Positions 11,201 through 23,310 of a stretch of DNA of 64,000 bases are shown here, piece after piece. This stretch comes from Phoronis australis. Lineage: Eukaryota > Animalia > Phoronida. Positions within the stretch are counted from its first letter, which is position 1. The number at the start of each line of letters is the position of its first letter. Location of the stretch: the NCBI GenBank assembly GCA_002633005.1, contig NMRA01000239.1, positions 491,150 through 555,149 of the forward strand, in the 5' to 3' direction. The notes under the pieces are model-generated. The model was not told the DNA's origin. It made no database searches and saw nothing but the letters and a program-made list of their open reading frames with translations. Made by a program: the position numbers and the translations under genes.

Positions 11201-14200
11201 TGCGTACTATTGTTATAGACGTACATTTGTGAAGAAGGCGATTGACACACATTTTCACACTATAACCTGTAACTTGAAATGTAGGAACTTTTAAATATGA
11301 AATTTTTGAGAATATACCTACTCACACAGGGAAAACGAAATTACAGCCTGACATGGTCATCAAAATTTGAATAATAGAGCAACCGCCCAACCACAATCTT
11401 ACATGTATGTCGTTTTGTGTATACATGTAGCTGTTACTGCAAAACTAAAATGGAAAAACTTACAGAACGTGCCCGAGAAGACTGCTGTATGGCGCACTAT
11501 ACTGATGGCGGTTATTGACATTATGCTGAGCGTACCAGCTGTGAATACCGTGAAACCATACACTGTGCAACCTAGAAAAGCAAAAGAAAATAAAATATCT
11601 GTTGCAATTATTTGTTGTTTCGTTTCTCTATCACTTTATCGGGGTTGTAATCTTGAGAACCCTAAGAGTTTTTCCAAATACGCAATTGAAACCTCCTTAG
11701 GCAAAGTTATGCTTTTGCTTATAACTTGCTTTCTAAGCAGTACATGTAGATTATTTTGACGCTTTCACCCATATTTCTATGGTCAGTAAATTATGGATTT
11801 ATTCTCCAGGTAAAAAGGTCGGGAATTGCATAATTTATGCAAATTAAGGTAGCTATTCTTAAGATTTCTACTTATGTGGTATCAGGCACTATTGTTAAGA
11901 TATAATTACATTGGCACCCAGGTTTCTGAGTTCAGTGGATTTTATGGAGCGACTATGGAGGTGACTGCATCAATAATCTGCATAAAGTTGACAAACTAAA
12001 GCAACCACTCGTAAAAAATCTTCCTTGTGCTCATAGCTACGCAATCACACTCCATTGGTAAATAATAATATTTGCACCCGTGTTTCTGCTGTCAATTAAT
12101 TCTTTGAAATCAGTTCGGATGTTGTTTCCTGATAAATTGTGCATAAATGTGTCTAAGTTAAGACTGAAGTTCGGGATAAATTAAGACAGCAGAAGAACAT
12201 TAAAAAATTTGTTTCATGGACACAAAGTCGGATTCTGCTTTTCGGTCTTAAATTCGACAGAAATAAAACCAGTTTTTGACAAAATAAGCATACAAACTAC
12301 GCTTTCGCCACATGTTGCGAATTTACAAAACTAAGATGATGCGTGAAATGCGGTTTCAATATTAATAATGGTCTTGAAATTCCAAATGGGTATTTACTAG
12401 CGTTTTTGATGCAACTGAGACCTCGTTTACTTGAGAACACCCTGGTATGACTGAAAGACAACATTTCGAGGCGGTAAGTCACACCGTATTGGCTCTATGG
12501 CTTTTGTCGGTTCTCAAATCGAATCAAAAGCAGACGGTTCCAGTATGACATTTTTTAGAGACATAAGACTTCAAAAACATACGAAAGAAATTTGTTCCTG
12601 AACAGTTCAGTGGGATAATAGGCTTAATTTTTTGATCATTTAAACCTAAAGTCTAATCTTAAGCCTACTCCGTAGCTGGCCCACTTTCGACTGGCCCCTC
12701 TGGTTTTTTAGTTATTTCACATTTGATAACACGTTTCCGCCTGTTGAGTTTATAATTTTGCATTACGTTGCCAGTCAGCATAAATTGTTCAATTTACGTC
12801 ATACGTCGGTGTAGCTGAACAGCTCTTTTTCAAACGTGGTTGACTATAGTTTGAATCCTTTGGCTAAGTGCTCCACATTCCATTAATGAAGCATGACTCT
12901 TGGAATTTCAATGACGCGTTTCAAAAATCACTCGGACAAGAAAAGCTTGCGACTCTTGAGACATAGTTGGCAACATTTTAAAAGTGAAAAGAAATGGGAA
13001 ACTTGGATTGAAAAAGCGAACCATCTGCATGTGAAGCGGGACATTTAGGTTTACCCCAAAACGCAGTAAAACTGTACATACGAACACACCTCGACAACAG
13101 TTTTACTTTTTTAGTCAAACGGGGAAATGGGTCTAAGTCGCGTGGTACATTGCAATGATATATTGTAGTTAATCCAGATCTCTACTGTATGTTATAACTG
13201 TTCTGAGGCAATGGATCTTAAAAGTGACCTGGAAATGTGGCATTACAAGGCAACCGTGTGTAGCCCACGTGTATCACCCAGATTAGAATACAGGTACATG
13301 GGCAGCGCAGCACTAAAAAGTGGGGTGTTATAGCTACCCAGCCCCTTGAGGTGGACCGCGCCTAGACCATGGGCGGCGCAGCACTGAAAAAAAAGTGGGG
13401 CTATATCCCCCCCTATGGTGCGCCACCCAAGAGGTAGGCCTAATCTTGATAACGCATAGATGTGTAAACATCAAAGAAAAAGAAAACAATAAATTTTTGA
13501 AAGAATTATAAAACAGGTGGAATTTGGTGAAATTTAACTCCACGTGGAAAATTATGGGGTTATTTTTAGATTTTGTATTATGTGAAATTACACTAAACTA
13601 ATTAACTCTTTTAGAATAGAAATGTTAAAAACATCACAGAATTGTGCATATTAACACTAGAGGTATTATATTGTTGTATAATCTTATACAAAGACTCTCG
13701 TAATGAAAGAGTTCTTGAAAGCTATTAGTTTCATATACAGTGTTGAAGTTTTAACATTCGCAGAATAGAAGAAACGATGTTTGCCATGTAGCTGCATGGC
13801 AAACAGAAATTTAGAGTTCACTATGCACTGCCCATGGAAATTGTGTTTATTAACACTGTAAACGAAAATCAACGTTACTAGAAATGTTATAAGAAATACA
13901 ATCTATGCTGTACTCGTTTCAACAAGCTCACCTTTTAAAAACATCAGGAAGCGTCCACTTTTAATGTATAATAGAATCACAAATAAGTCACAAGCCATGA
14001 TGCCATGCATCCAGAAGTCACTTTGATCGAACTGGTTGATTAATTGTTATTAAAATATCTGCCTTAATGGATCCCGTGCTTCCACTGGCTGGTGGAAACA
14101 ACTGCACCACGGTCTCCTAAACTCCAGTTTCAGCCAAAAATGTGGTAAAATCCCCATATTCTCACCCCTAAGTTCCATCACGCACCAAAAACGATCCGTG

Positions 14201-16739
14201 CTCGCGATGACCAAACTCCATTCCCAGGAATCAAATTCCTTGGCGTACCCCTAATTCACAGCTGCAATTTTGAGTTACGGCTTTGGAATGTGGTCACCGG
14301 AATTGGAACTTGGTAATCCTGTTTAAAACATTTTTGGTGCGTGTGTGGAGTTGAGGGGTACAAAACTAGGGATTTGTACCACGGGCTTGGCGACTGACTG
14401 GAGTTTGGGAGATAGCACACTCATAATTGGAATACGGGGGGGGGGATGTTTACGTGGTTGGGGTTTCCACCCTTCGCTAGCTGTCAAATTATTAGCTGAA
14501 CACAGATGACCTTCGTAAAAAGCTAGCATACTTTACATGACTCGCGGACACATTGTAATTAACTGCAATCGTTAGAATCACGCACATACTCAGTAATTAT
14601 CATTGCAAATGTTTGAATCACGCTTTTTGGGAGGAGGGGGGGGGTGGCATTCGAAATAAAAAATCGACTTTTATTTGCATCATGACACAGATGTTATGTA
14701 AAGTTATAATGCAATGACCTGGAAACTGATTTCACCAAATTCACTGACCACCAAAACATGACACAACTATCACAACGGTTTACGTAAAATTGATCAGTAA
14801 GGGAGATTCCAGAAGAAACGGATTTCTTAAAAAAATTATTAAAATAATATCATGCATGTAAACAGATTTTGTTATTGATCATAGAAAAATGGATGCAAAT
14901 ATCAGTATAATTTACATTTGAGGCTTTGTGTCCTAGCTATACGCACAAGTGAATTTTTATGTACTGGCGGAATCAATTTCATTATACAAATTTACGATTT
15001 AACCACAGACTAACTCCATTGTGTTCTTGCATACAGAGTAGAAAACGAAACAACAACTAACAACTCAACAACGCTCAACCATGCAGATGAAACCCAGTAT
15101 TTTGCCAACTGTCAATTCCTGAAAGTCGATTCTCCAGAGGTACGAAAGCCACAGTAAATGTCCAAATCTCATTTTGATATGACATTGTTACAAGAGTACC
15201 GGCAACGATGCACCATCTTTAACATACAGTAGCTATCCGCTTCACGTTTTTCTTCAAAAAAAAAAGCCTCAGTGTAAAAAATGCTTTGAGCCGTTGTTTA
15301 CTAACTAAAGGCGTTATGTTAAAATTAACGCTCTCCACCTTGGTCAGAACGTTAATTGCTTCCCACCTGCGTAGGCGCTTCAAATCTCCATACATGTACT
15401 CTCAAAACAAGATTCGTTGTAGTTACTTGAAATGAATTAGTAAATTTTCCCGAAGTGTATGTAGTATACCTTAAAGGCAGCAGAAATTTTAGAAAATGAT
15501 ACGAATTGAGACAAAGTTTTATCTCAACTGCATGACCTGATACACGAGAATACCAGTTTTACAGGATGCGTGTGCTGTGAAATTGAACGGAAGTTGGTGC
15601 CTAAGTTAAATTTCTGTAGAGTACACGCTTATGGCTCTTATTAAATTAGTCAAATCCTTACAGGTTGGAAAATCGTAGTGCTAAATATTTTGAGTAAGAT
15701 AATCGATCGGCTGATCTCATATTAAAGCAACATTAAAGCGTTCCTACAACGAATTTTTGCACTTTTTGAGATTTTAGAACTTGTACAATAATTTTATAAT
15801 ATAAAATCAAACTAAAAACACCTATTTTGGGATATAATTTGAGGAATTTTGAATTTTAAAGAAAAATTAACGATACTTTGTTTCCTGCCAAGTGATGTCA
15901 ACAGGGAAGACTTTGACCAGTTGACAGCAAATATACAATGGCGTATAGTAGTGCTTTTGTAAGTTACGAAAACTTAGAGAGCGATCTTGACGAGAGTTAT
16001 AAACGCAATTATGGAGATTGGGGTGAAAACGACACTCGGGTAAAACAGACCACACCATTTCGCTAGACTGCGTGTTTGAGTCGTACAAAATCCACCCTTC
16101 CACAAGCGCTATCGTCTTCGGCGAATAAAGCCGAGTCGGAGACTACCCAGTCTGTGGACAGTCCTGATTTCAGACCTGAAGATATTTCTGAGTGGTAATT
16201 ATAACCTTTTATTGAATCACGACTTATTTTCTAACCTCGTAAGTGTCAATTAATATGTACATGTATATGTCTCGAACTGTAAATCTATAAACGAAGTTTT
16301 TACCTTGAGCCAGTCGCCAGTGGCGGCCATGTTGATTTCATTTCTACGAATGCCGAGTTTTTTTCACTGCTCAGTATCGCCGCTCAGTTTTTGGGATTAA
16401 TAAACATTTCAGCCGTTCGTTTTCACGTACGCGGCTTGTCATTTTTGATATGAGTATTTTGAGTTGTTGACATCCTATAATTATCCTATGAGGCCAAGGA
16501 GGGACATCCAAAACATCTTCGTAAAGTTTGGAGTGTCAGATATGAACAGCAGCACGACTCACCGATCTGTCCAAATACCCATCTGTGATTGAAGCATGAA
16601 ATGGCTGACATCAGAGATATTGTAGCATGCATCGCATCGTCAATGGCTAATGTTGCCACCAAGATGTCGAACAGACTCCGTTTCTTAAGGTGGTAAGTGT
16701 GGCGAAAGACAAAGAAGTTCAAAAAGTAGCAGACGACAC
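1815..16739 (-). CDS. Opsin gene (Group 4/tetraopsin, neuropsin/Opn5-like), 5'-partial; exons 16563-16739, 11464-11571, 6983-7287, 1815-2261
   Basis: The four exons splice in frame with GT-AG sites (junction phases 1,1,0). They give TM1(part)-TM7 of a class A GPCR: ISCFNHRWVFGQIGC, EPFGTACCLEW, GFLITWAPY, PSMFAKTSVICNPIIY (Lys296 codon 2130-2132), then a C-tail and TAG at 1815-1817. The motifs resemble OPN5 (ISCFCHRWVFGWIGC, EPFGTSCTLDW, AGFLIAWIPY). Go-opsin is not excluded without a tree. Confidence 0.92.
2433..3239. mobile_element. Non-autonomous DNA transposon with TTAA flanks (Kolobok-like), copy 1
   Basis: TTAA|AGGCGCC...GGCTCT|TTAA with imperfect TIRs; internally homologous to 9698-10438. 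Confidence 0.7.
3510..3751. mobile_element. MITE family A (CATGCGCGCACCC TIR), 5-bp TSD tagct
   Basis: 13-bp perfect TIR and tagct on both sides; related copies at ~9383-9500 (TSD ctttt), ~25033-25290, ~34741-34988, ~43615-43846 and partial copies at ~8452 and ~42287. Confidence 0.85.
6983..7287 (-). CDS. Opsin exon (TM4-ECL2-TM5-ICL3)
   Basis: Acceptor tttttcAG, donor GTATGT; 305 nt, phase 1/0; SYGNEPFGTACCLEW, FVIPVSVTAICY. Confidence 0.92.
8322..8625. mobile_element. MITE family B (CAGTGGCGGAT...ATCCGCCCCTG) with a nested family A fragment
   Basis: TIRs; flanks tattg/tatta; related copies at 27640-27785 and ~19777-19953, and a partial copy at ~22325-22367. Confidence 0.8.
9416..9442. other. 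Assembly gap inside the poly-G of a MITE
   Basis: N run. Confidence 0.99.
9698..10438. mobile_element. Kolobok-like non-autonomous element, copy 2
   Basis: TTAA|AGAGGC...GCCTCT|TTAA; shares ccgattaagagg, tgatgtaagtcct and ggagattagaaactct with 2433-3239. Confidence 0.7.
11464..11571 (-). CDS. Opsin exon (TM3): GCTVYGFTVFTAGTLSIMSITAISIVRHTAVFSGTF
   Basis: Not in the ORF track; read from the reverse strand. Acceptor ttttctAG, donor GTAAGT; 108 nt, phase 1/1; contains the Cys110 equivalent and Tyr at position 113. Confidence 0.88.
13297..13431. mobile_element. MITE family C (dimeric, CATGGGC termini), 5-bp TSD aggta
   Basis: Two ~65-70 bp units in tandem flanked by aggta; inverted copy at 25471-25622 (flanks tctta/tcttc). 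Confidence 0.8.
16563..16739 (-). CDS. Opsin exon (TM1-TM2-ECL1): GVVCYFLNFFVFRHTYHLKKRSLFDILVATLAIDDAMHATISLMSAISCFNHRWVFGQIG
   Basis: Acceptor tttgtAG, donor GTGAGT; 177 nt, phase 1/1. Confidence 0.88.
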
Positions 16740-17574
16740 CTACAAACAGATAAAACTTCAAGATGTACATATAACAACGATTTGAAAATCATTTGAAACA
16801 TGTGGAATGCATCTGCATGACAAGTTCTTCAAGAAAATTGAAATTTGTTATCTCTCGGCATATATATAAAACCGAGGTCACTGAAAAAAATAACTAGTCA
16901 GTCAGAGCCTATGAGATTGCATGTTCTACCGAAAGATGAATTTGATTCTAGAATTATTCTAATAAACCTAGTTACACATCCACAACAAACCAATTCTTGA
17001 CTCTCGAAAGTTAAGTTACGGATTTATTGATGATCATTCAATAATTGTCGGCGGTGGACTGTAGGAAATTCACCCTTGAAGAGACAAGAAGGAAAAAAAA
17101 TCATCTCGTACAAATGAGATAATAGCTCACGGGAACGAGGAACTACAATGTATCTCGTCGATGGTAACCAGCCTCATCTCCAAGCCTCAAGATGAAGCCT
17201 AGTTTAAGGCTTAATTATGGGAAATCAAATTTGTCAGAATTCAGACACACTTTTATGGATATTGCCGGAATATCAGTGTAATATAACATTGAAATTTTCT
17301 GCAGGTTAATATAAAAATAAAAAAAAACGATATATGGCAACCATTTAGGTCTAAATTATTGCATAAATGACGTATTTTGATTGGAAAACTGGTTAATTTC
17401 TATGATACTATTAATAAAAAGAATTGAAAATAAGTTCGCGAACAACTTTTATTTCAAACAATAACCAAAAACAATGCCTTCTGCTTCATGAATGACACCA
17501 ACAACGCCTGTGATAATAATTAAAATCTGTTTCTTTTCCTGATTACACTTGTACATTGGAAGTCACTAGGTGGA

Positions 17575-18157
17575 ACTCGCAGGTTCCCTAAGTGCCTAGC
17601 CAGCACGTAGGTATTACGCAGTAGCACGCGCTTTAGCATTGGTTGGTGTAACTTCGGTAGTCATTGGTTAGCTTAACAACAACGTGAAAAAAATGGCAGA
17701 CTATGAACGATTTTTAGCCTTGTCATGCAAGTGGCGTAGCAGCAAGTATTTCGTTTCTGCAGTAATTTTAATTAAAATAGCCGCGTACTTGAAGCACATA
17801 CATGTACAATAAACACATATATGGCCGATTTAACAGGTGCGGTGTTATTCGTACTGTATAAATACAGGACAGTAACGTACATGTAAATAAAAGTCATCGA
17901 CAGTAGAAAGATGCACTCCGAAAAGGCGCAAGCACAATTTCCGGGATTCAGATATCTTGAACATAAATTTTGAGCACCGATTTGTCTGTACGACAGACCA
18001 CATTTACACGTGCTCCATCAGTCATGCCAGTTTGTTTGCGTATAACGCTGCCTGCTGAGAATATGACCAGCCAATCAGAAACGTCGGTGTAAAAAAATTA
18101 AGTGATACCTGCGTGGTGGTTACCGATCACCTAGCGGCACTCAGGGAACCAGCGAGT
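17575..18157. mobile_element. Non-autonomous TIR element with 7-bp TSD aggtgga
   Basis: ACTCGCAGGTTCCCTAAGTGCC ... GGCACTCAGGGAACCAGCGAGT (20/22 TIR match), aggtgga on both sides. Confidence 0.8.
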
Positions 18158-19399
18158 AGGTGGAGATCATATCACAAGGGAACGCCATAGTCTCGCGACA
18201 TCTATTGCTGTTCCCAAGAGCTATTTATCTTATGGGAACGAGATCAATATCGTGTGGGAACGATAATAGATGACACAAAAGTTCGTAGCGAAACTCGTGG
18301 CTGTGCATCACAGGATGTCACAAGATTTCCTGACATGTATATTGTGTTAGGATACTGCGAACGGGAGGCTTGACGAAATTCCCCCTCGCCGATTTAAATT
18401 AGAAAGCAGTAAGTGACAAATGTTGTGATTTTGACCATCTAAAACAACCTCATTGGATTCATTATAATGATGATTAACTAAAAATGTTCAACTTTTAGGG
18501 ACATTATCACTATTAGGACTCCTGCTTGGTGGCGCTGAAAATCAAAAGGTCCGCGATCGTACATGCCATAAGATTTGACCTGCGGCAGAAAAAAATTGAC
18601 ACTAATTGTCATCCCAAAATTGTATCGAGTGGTGCTTGGTCCTTTTCGAACCTGAAATTTTCTGAAAAAAATCTAAAATATCTTAGCTAAGTCAGTTTTG
18701 TTGGAACGTGCCCCAGGAAATTTCAGCTCCACGAAACTTTCAAATTTTTAATCCCAAATAACAAAATAGAAACGTTACCTAAGTTACTATTTTCTTTTGT
18801 AAAGCAAATACCAGAAAACCTATTGTTCACGAGCACATCATAGAATTTCATATTATTTTTTTCTGTGAAAATGACACAACACTTATGCATTTTCGGTTAT
18901 CGTTGAGCGAAGCAAGATAGCACCGTAACGTCACTCTCGTGCATGCAACACTCTCTACGCTTCTTAAAGTTGGTATTTAGCACTTCGTCATAGCTTGACG
19001 ACCGGCAAATGTTCCCTTTCTGTGGTCGTTCACAAGTGGCGACAACACTAGCAGTTTCGCTCACTAAAAACGTTATGTGAAAACGCCAGCACTTTAGCCA
19101 GACAGACGAGATGTCCGCAACAGCGCCATTTTCACCAACAGTCAGTTTGTGTCCTCATCAGCTAAGTCTGTCAGACTCAACTCCCTAACATAAATTGATT
19201 AATGTGATAATAAAACAAAGGCCTCCTATTCGTGCGCGTGTAAGTCCTTTGCATGGGCGGTCTGGTTACAAAAGTACAAGCGAAAATGCCAGTAATTTGA
19301 GTGTATCACAAACCTACAGCAAAATACCAGGCGAACATTCGCATCGCTAGCTTATTTGATGCTAGCAGAAGTGCCAGCTAGCGTTTAGGCTAGCATGTG

Positions 19400-19592
19400 A
19401 TCCGGGTATAGATACAACTGTAGGTAACCCTTGGCATTGAGTCGAATGTAGTTCATTTTCATCGTTGACCCACTTACCAAGAGGCAACTGCCTCGTTTGT
19501 TGCGACCACATTCGAAATGAGCAAATACACTGCAGACGGTGAACATAAATTGAACACCTTCCTTAAAAACCAGTTAGGGACCTCCCACTCCG
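19400..19592 (+). repeat. Dispersed duplicate of ~24800-25025
   Basis: Shared tatagatacaact, cttggcattgagtc.aatgtagttcattttcatcgttgacccact.accaag, gcagacggtgaacataaattgaaca. Confidence 0.85.
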
Positions 19593-22375
19593 GACCCGTA
19601 AGAAGGCAAAAATTATTGGGGAGGGGGGGGGGAGGGGCACAAACCATTTCGACGTAGCAAAACGACCTCCCCCCGGCCCCATCGCCACTACCTCTGCCAC
19701 CCCCCTCGTCCCCGTGCTCCCAATGCCACCATGTTTGTACCGAATCTCCCACGTCCGCCCTAGGTGGGGGGGGGCACAGTGGCGAATTTAGGGGTGGCCA
19801 AGGGGCTATGGCCTCCCCTAAAATTCTCCCAAATTCCAGTAGGGCCCACTAAAATTCTCCCAGATTTCAGTTGGCAGTTCGGGGGTGCGAATTTCTGACG
19901 GGTAAAACCTTGGCTAATACCCCCCCCCAACTCAATATCCTGGGACAACCCCGGTGATGAAGCCATCAAGAGTTGAGTAACCGTGAACCAACGGAGAGTA
20001 AGAAGGGACCAGTACACTGACCGATAGTGAGGATCTGCCTCAAGTAGCTATAGCCGAGATCTATATTTAAGCAGTGTGAAATACGAAATTCCCTACGAAC
20101 TTTTAAGCTAGTTGCTGGTCACTGAGCTCAGCTGTGATTTACTTGAGACAGGCAGCTCGTACCGGCCGCCTGCGCTCGCTCTAGGGTCAAGATTCGTTTT
20201 ATTGTGACCCAGTTTCAGGAAAATTTTATTTTATTATGGTCATTCTTTAAAGTAGTTTTTTTTGAAAAGGTGAGGTCCCGAAGTCTCTGGTATAGTGCCT
20301 TTGGGGCTGTTTCAAAGTGCCTATTTGAAACACGACAGGTAGTCCAGTTTCTGGTAGCTGGGGAAAAGGATAGTGTGTCCCAAAAATGTACACACTTCCT
20401 GAACACCTGGAGTTCAAATTCAGTTCCCGTGGATCACTGAGATTCTGCGCGGGCCTACTGCAGGGTTACATCTTACTTTTAACGCGGGTACGTCAGTCAT
20501 GACGTGCACGCGAATCACGACAAGCAATCAATTCAGTTTTGAACAAAAAGTCATTGCTCAACACTACTGGAAACTAAAAACACCAAGAAAGTGCAAAGAC
20601 AACCTATCCAAACAATGAATTTAATTTTTTCATTTAAGGATTTGTAAAACGTTTTTTCTATCTACGGTTTGTGAGTCCGAATTTCATCAATGTCTTAGAG
20701 AGTTATTTTAGGTATGCAAAAATCGTCTATAAGTGTACTCTACTATTTGGGAATCGGATGACAAAGTTTTTCCAACTTCAGGCTGCAATTAAATTCACTG
20801 AAACATCAATTCTTACAAGATTAGCTTCTAATTCTCAAAAACCATCTATGAATCCATCGATTTTCGTAGAGTACACAAACAAGTAAATCAGAAACCAACG
20901 AATTTGTTTATCAAAACGGAATATTATAAACAATTTCCAAATACATGCTTGCAGCCTTTTGACGGGTAACCGGTTGAATATGAGAGATAGGGCATCCGTA
21001 TTAATTTGTATTTTTGCTAATTTCAGAGGTACCTTTAACGGTTCACGAGGTTAACTTGAACTCCAGTGACAAAAAACTCTGAAATCTTTGTTTATGATTG
21101 CGAGAGTTCTTTGAGTACCCCCTTTCGACATGTACACGGTCATCACAAATAGTAGCCTAGACAGCAGTGTTTTCCACATGTGGAAATTCCTTACAAAACA
21201 ACTCATAGTAACCATCTTCAAAAGCGATACTATTCTTCTGATACTACTGGAAACAGTAACATTATTTTATAACTAACCATCGGAAATAGTCCTTTTGTGT
21301 AATTCATAAATAGTGGTTTTTCACGATCTTCAAAATTCCACGGCCTTGCGATCGCGTCAATCCTACTGTATTTTTTTTCACATTTTTGGTTGTTTGGGTT
21401 GAATGGCTGTGCTATACACGAATGTTTTGTGTTTTTTGATGAATTTGGAATCTCAGCTTCCATTGTGAATACTTGGCAGTGTCGGATTTACATGTATAGA
21501 GAGACAAACGGACATTTCCCCCCAACTGCTCCACCGAGAGAGGGTACCGTCTGAAATGAGACACCATAAGATGAAAGTATTAACAACATTAAGCTTGGAA
21601 AAAAGAGTGACAGTGCATTCCACCGTCGTGTGGTCCCAAAACGATGCAGGGAGTGACCTCCTTCAGCATGAAAGCCGGTTGCACGATTTCACAAAAACAG
21701 GAAAATAGAGGTTATCGATTCCAGTATTGGGTCTTCCCTGCGTGAGCGGCCCCTTAACAATTTGTCAATAAAAACACAAAAAGGGTGGCCACTTGAATGT
21801 CATTATCGCCTCCTTCATGGGCGGGGTCCCTAAATATGAAAAAATCTATATTTTCAAATGATCAGGAAATGCGCAGCAATTGATGTTATCTGTCAGGTCA
21901 TCAATTTTTCTCAAGTAATATGCAGTTTCGAGAAAATAATAAAGCGAAAATTGTCTTCATTTTCCCTGGAAAAATATACTTTTGCATTCGCAAAATTGAT
22001 TAATTGAATTTAAAAATCCAGTAAATTAACACGCTCCGCAAAAACTTCGCTTTACAAATTTTCTCGATTTTTTGAAATATATGTATGATTGATTTCGTGC
22101 ACGTTTTCAAGTGCGTTTAGACGACCTGTGCTGCAAAAGTGGAGACCCTAAAGACAATGTCCCGGCTAGGGTCCTCAAAAAGTAAACCATGCACTGATGC
22201 TGTTGTTAAATGTTCTCTTGAATTTTCTCTGTTATTCGTATTTCGAAGTCTTTCTTTTCTAGACTGTCCCCGGCCCCACGCCTATGTCGGTTGTCATTGT
22301 TTAACCCTTACGCCTAAATATTTTTGGGGAGCCCGTGCCCCCCCCGCCCCCCTGGATCCGCCCCAGTGTGGCCCC

Positions 22376-23310
22376 GTCTTTTGAGCATTCGGATTCTAAA
22401 TTCGGTGCATTTGGGAAGAGTTTTGTTGGAGCTCAAATGGTTTTGTAAGTATCATTTTATTGATCCTTTTTGAGTAATTTAAGTGGTACTGTGTTGCTTT
22501 CTAGAACAGTTTATCTAGGTTACGTACCCTTCATTCTTTTATGATATTTGTAGCTCGACATACTTAGCACAAATTGTACTTGTGTGCTTTCAATCAATTT
22601 CGAAGTTTCAATTGTCCATAAACTGAACCTTTTTTGTGCGAAGTGAAATGCGATTCCCAAAACTGTTTACTTTGACATACTGACGCATGGCTATCGAAAC
22701 CTCGTACGTAACATGTACTACTTCATCACGTTCTTAGAACAAGTTCAGTAGACAAACAATTACTGTAACTTAAACATAATAACCGGTGAAGAGTTTGCAA
22801 AATGACGCCTTTGGATGTTCGTCATCAGTCCAAACTAACAATTATGTTTGCCAATATTGTCCAATATATTCCAATCACGTAAATTTTAATGTTACGTAAG
22901 AGGAACACGGCGAGGGTCACGACTATAACCGACTGTCAGAAGACAAGACAGGCCGATAAACAATCAAAGGAAGAAACAAAAGAAATAAACGATCTACTCT
23001 ACAATACCCGCTGAAACAATACATTAAATACATCCCGTGTCGCATCTGGCGAGAGAACAATCATTACAGCTTGCGGTGTTACAATCACGGTGTGGTCACA
23101 CATCCTTTTCTTCTGGATAATTTAGATACAAGTCTAGAATCTACAGTAGGACTCTCTCTGGTACACCGGTGTTAAGGTTACGCACATGTAGGACCCTTAA
23201 ACAATTTTTGTCTAATGAATGGCTGATCGTATTCACATGAAACTTCCGGAAACTGTGCTTTATACATTGCTCAATGAAACCGTTCTAGAAACTGACCTCA
23301 AAAACTTCCA
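22376..23310 (+). repeat. ~0.93-kb duplicate of ~28228-29155
   Basis: Collinear high similarity from tttgag.attcggattctaa to caaaaacttcc. Confidence 0.9.

Noticed and set aside
11367-11759. 130-aa plus-strand ORF
   Set aside because: Antisense shadow of the opsin TM3 exon
19470-19560. Candidate opsin exon 1 ending at a strong GTAAGT donor
   Set aside because: The phase-1 frame gives MWSQQTRQLPLG, not a TM1 half, and the frame is not conserved in the duplicate at 24.9 kb
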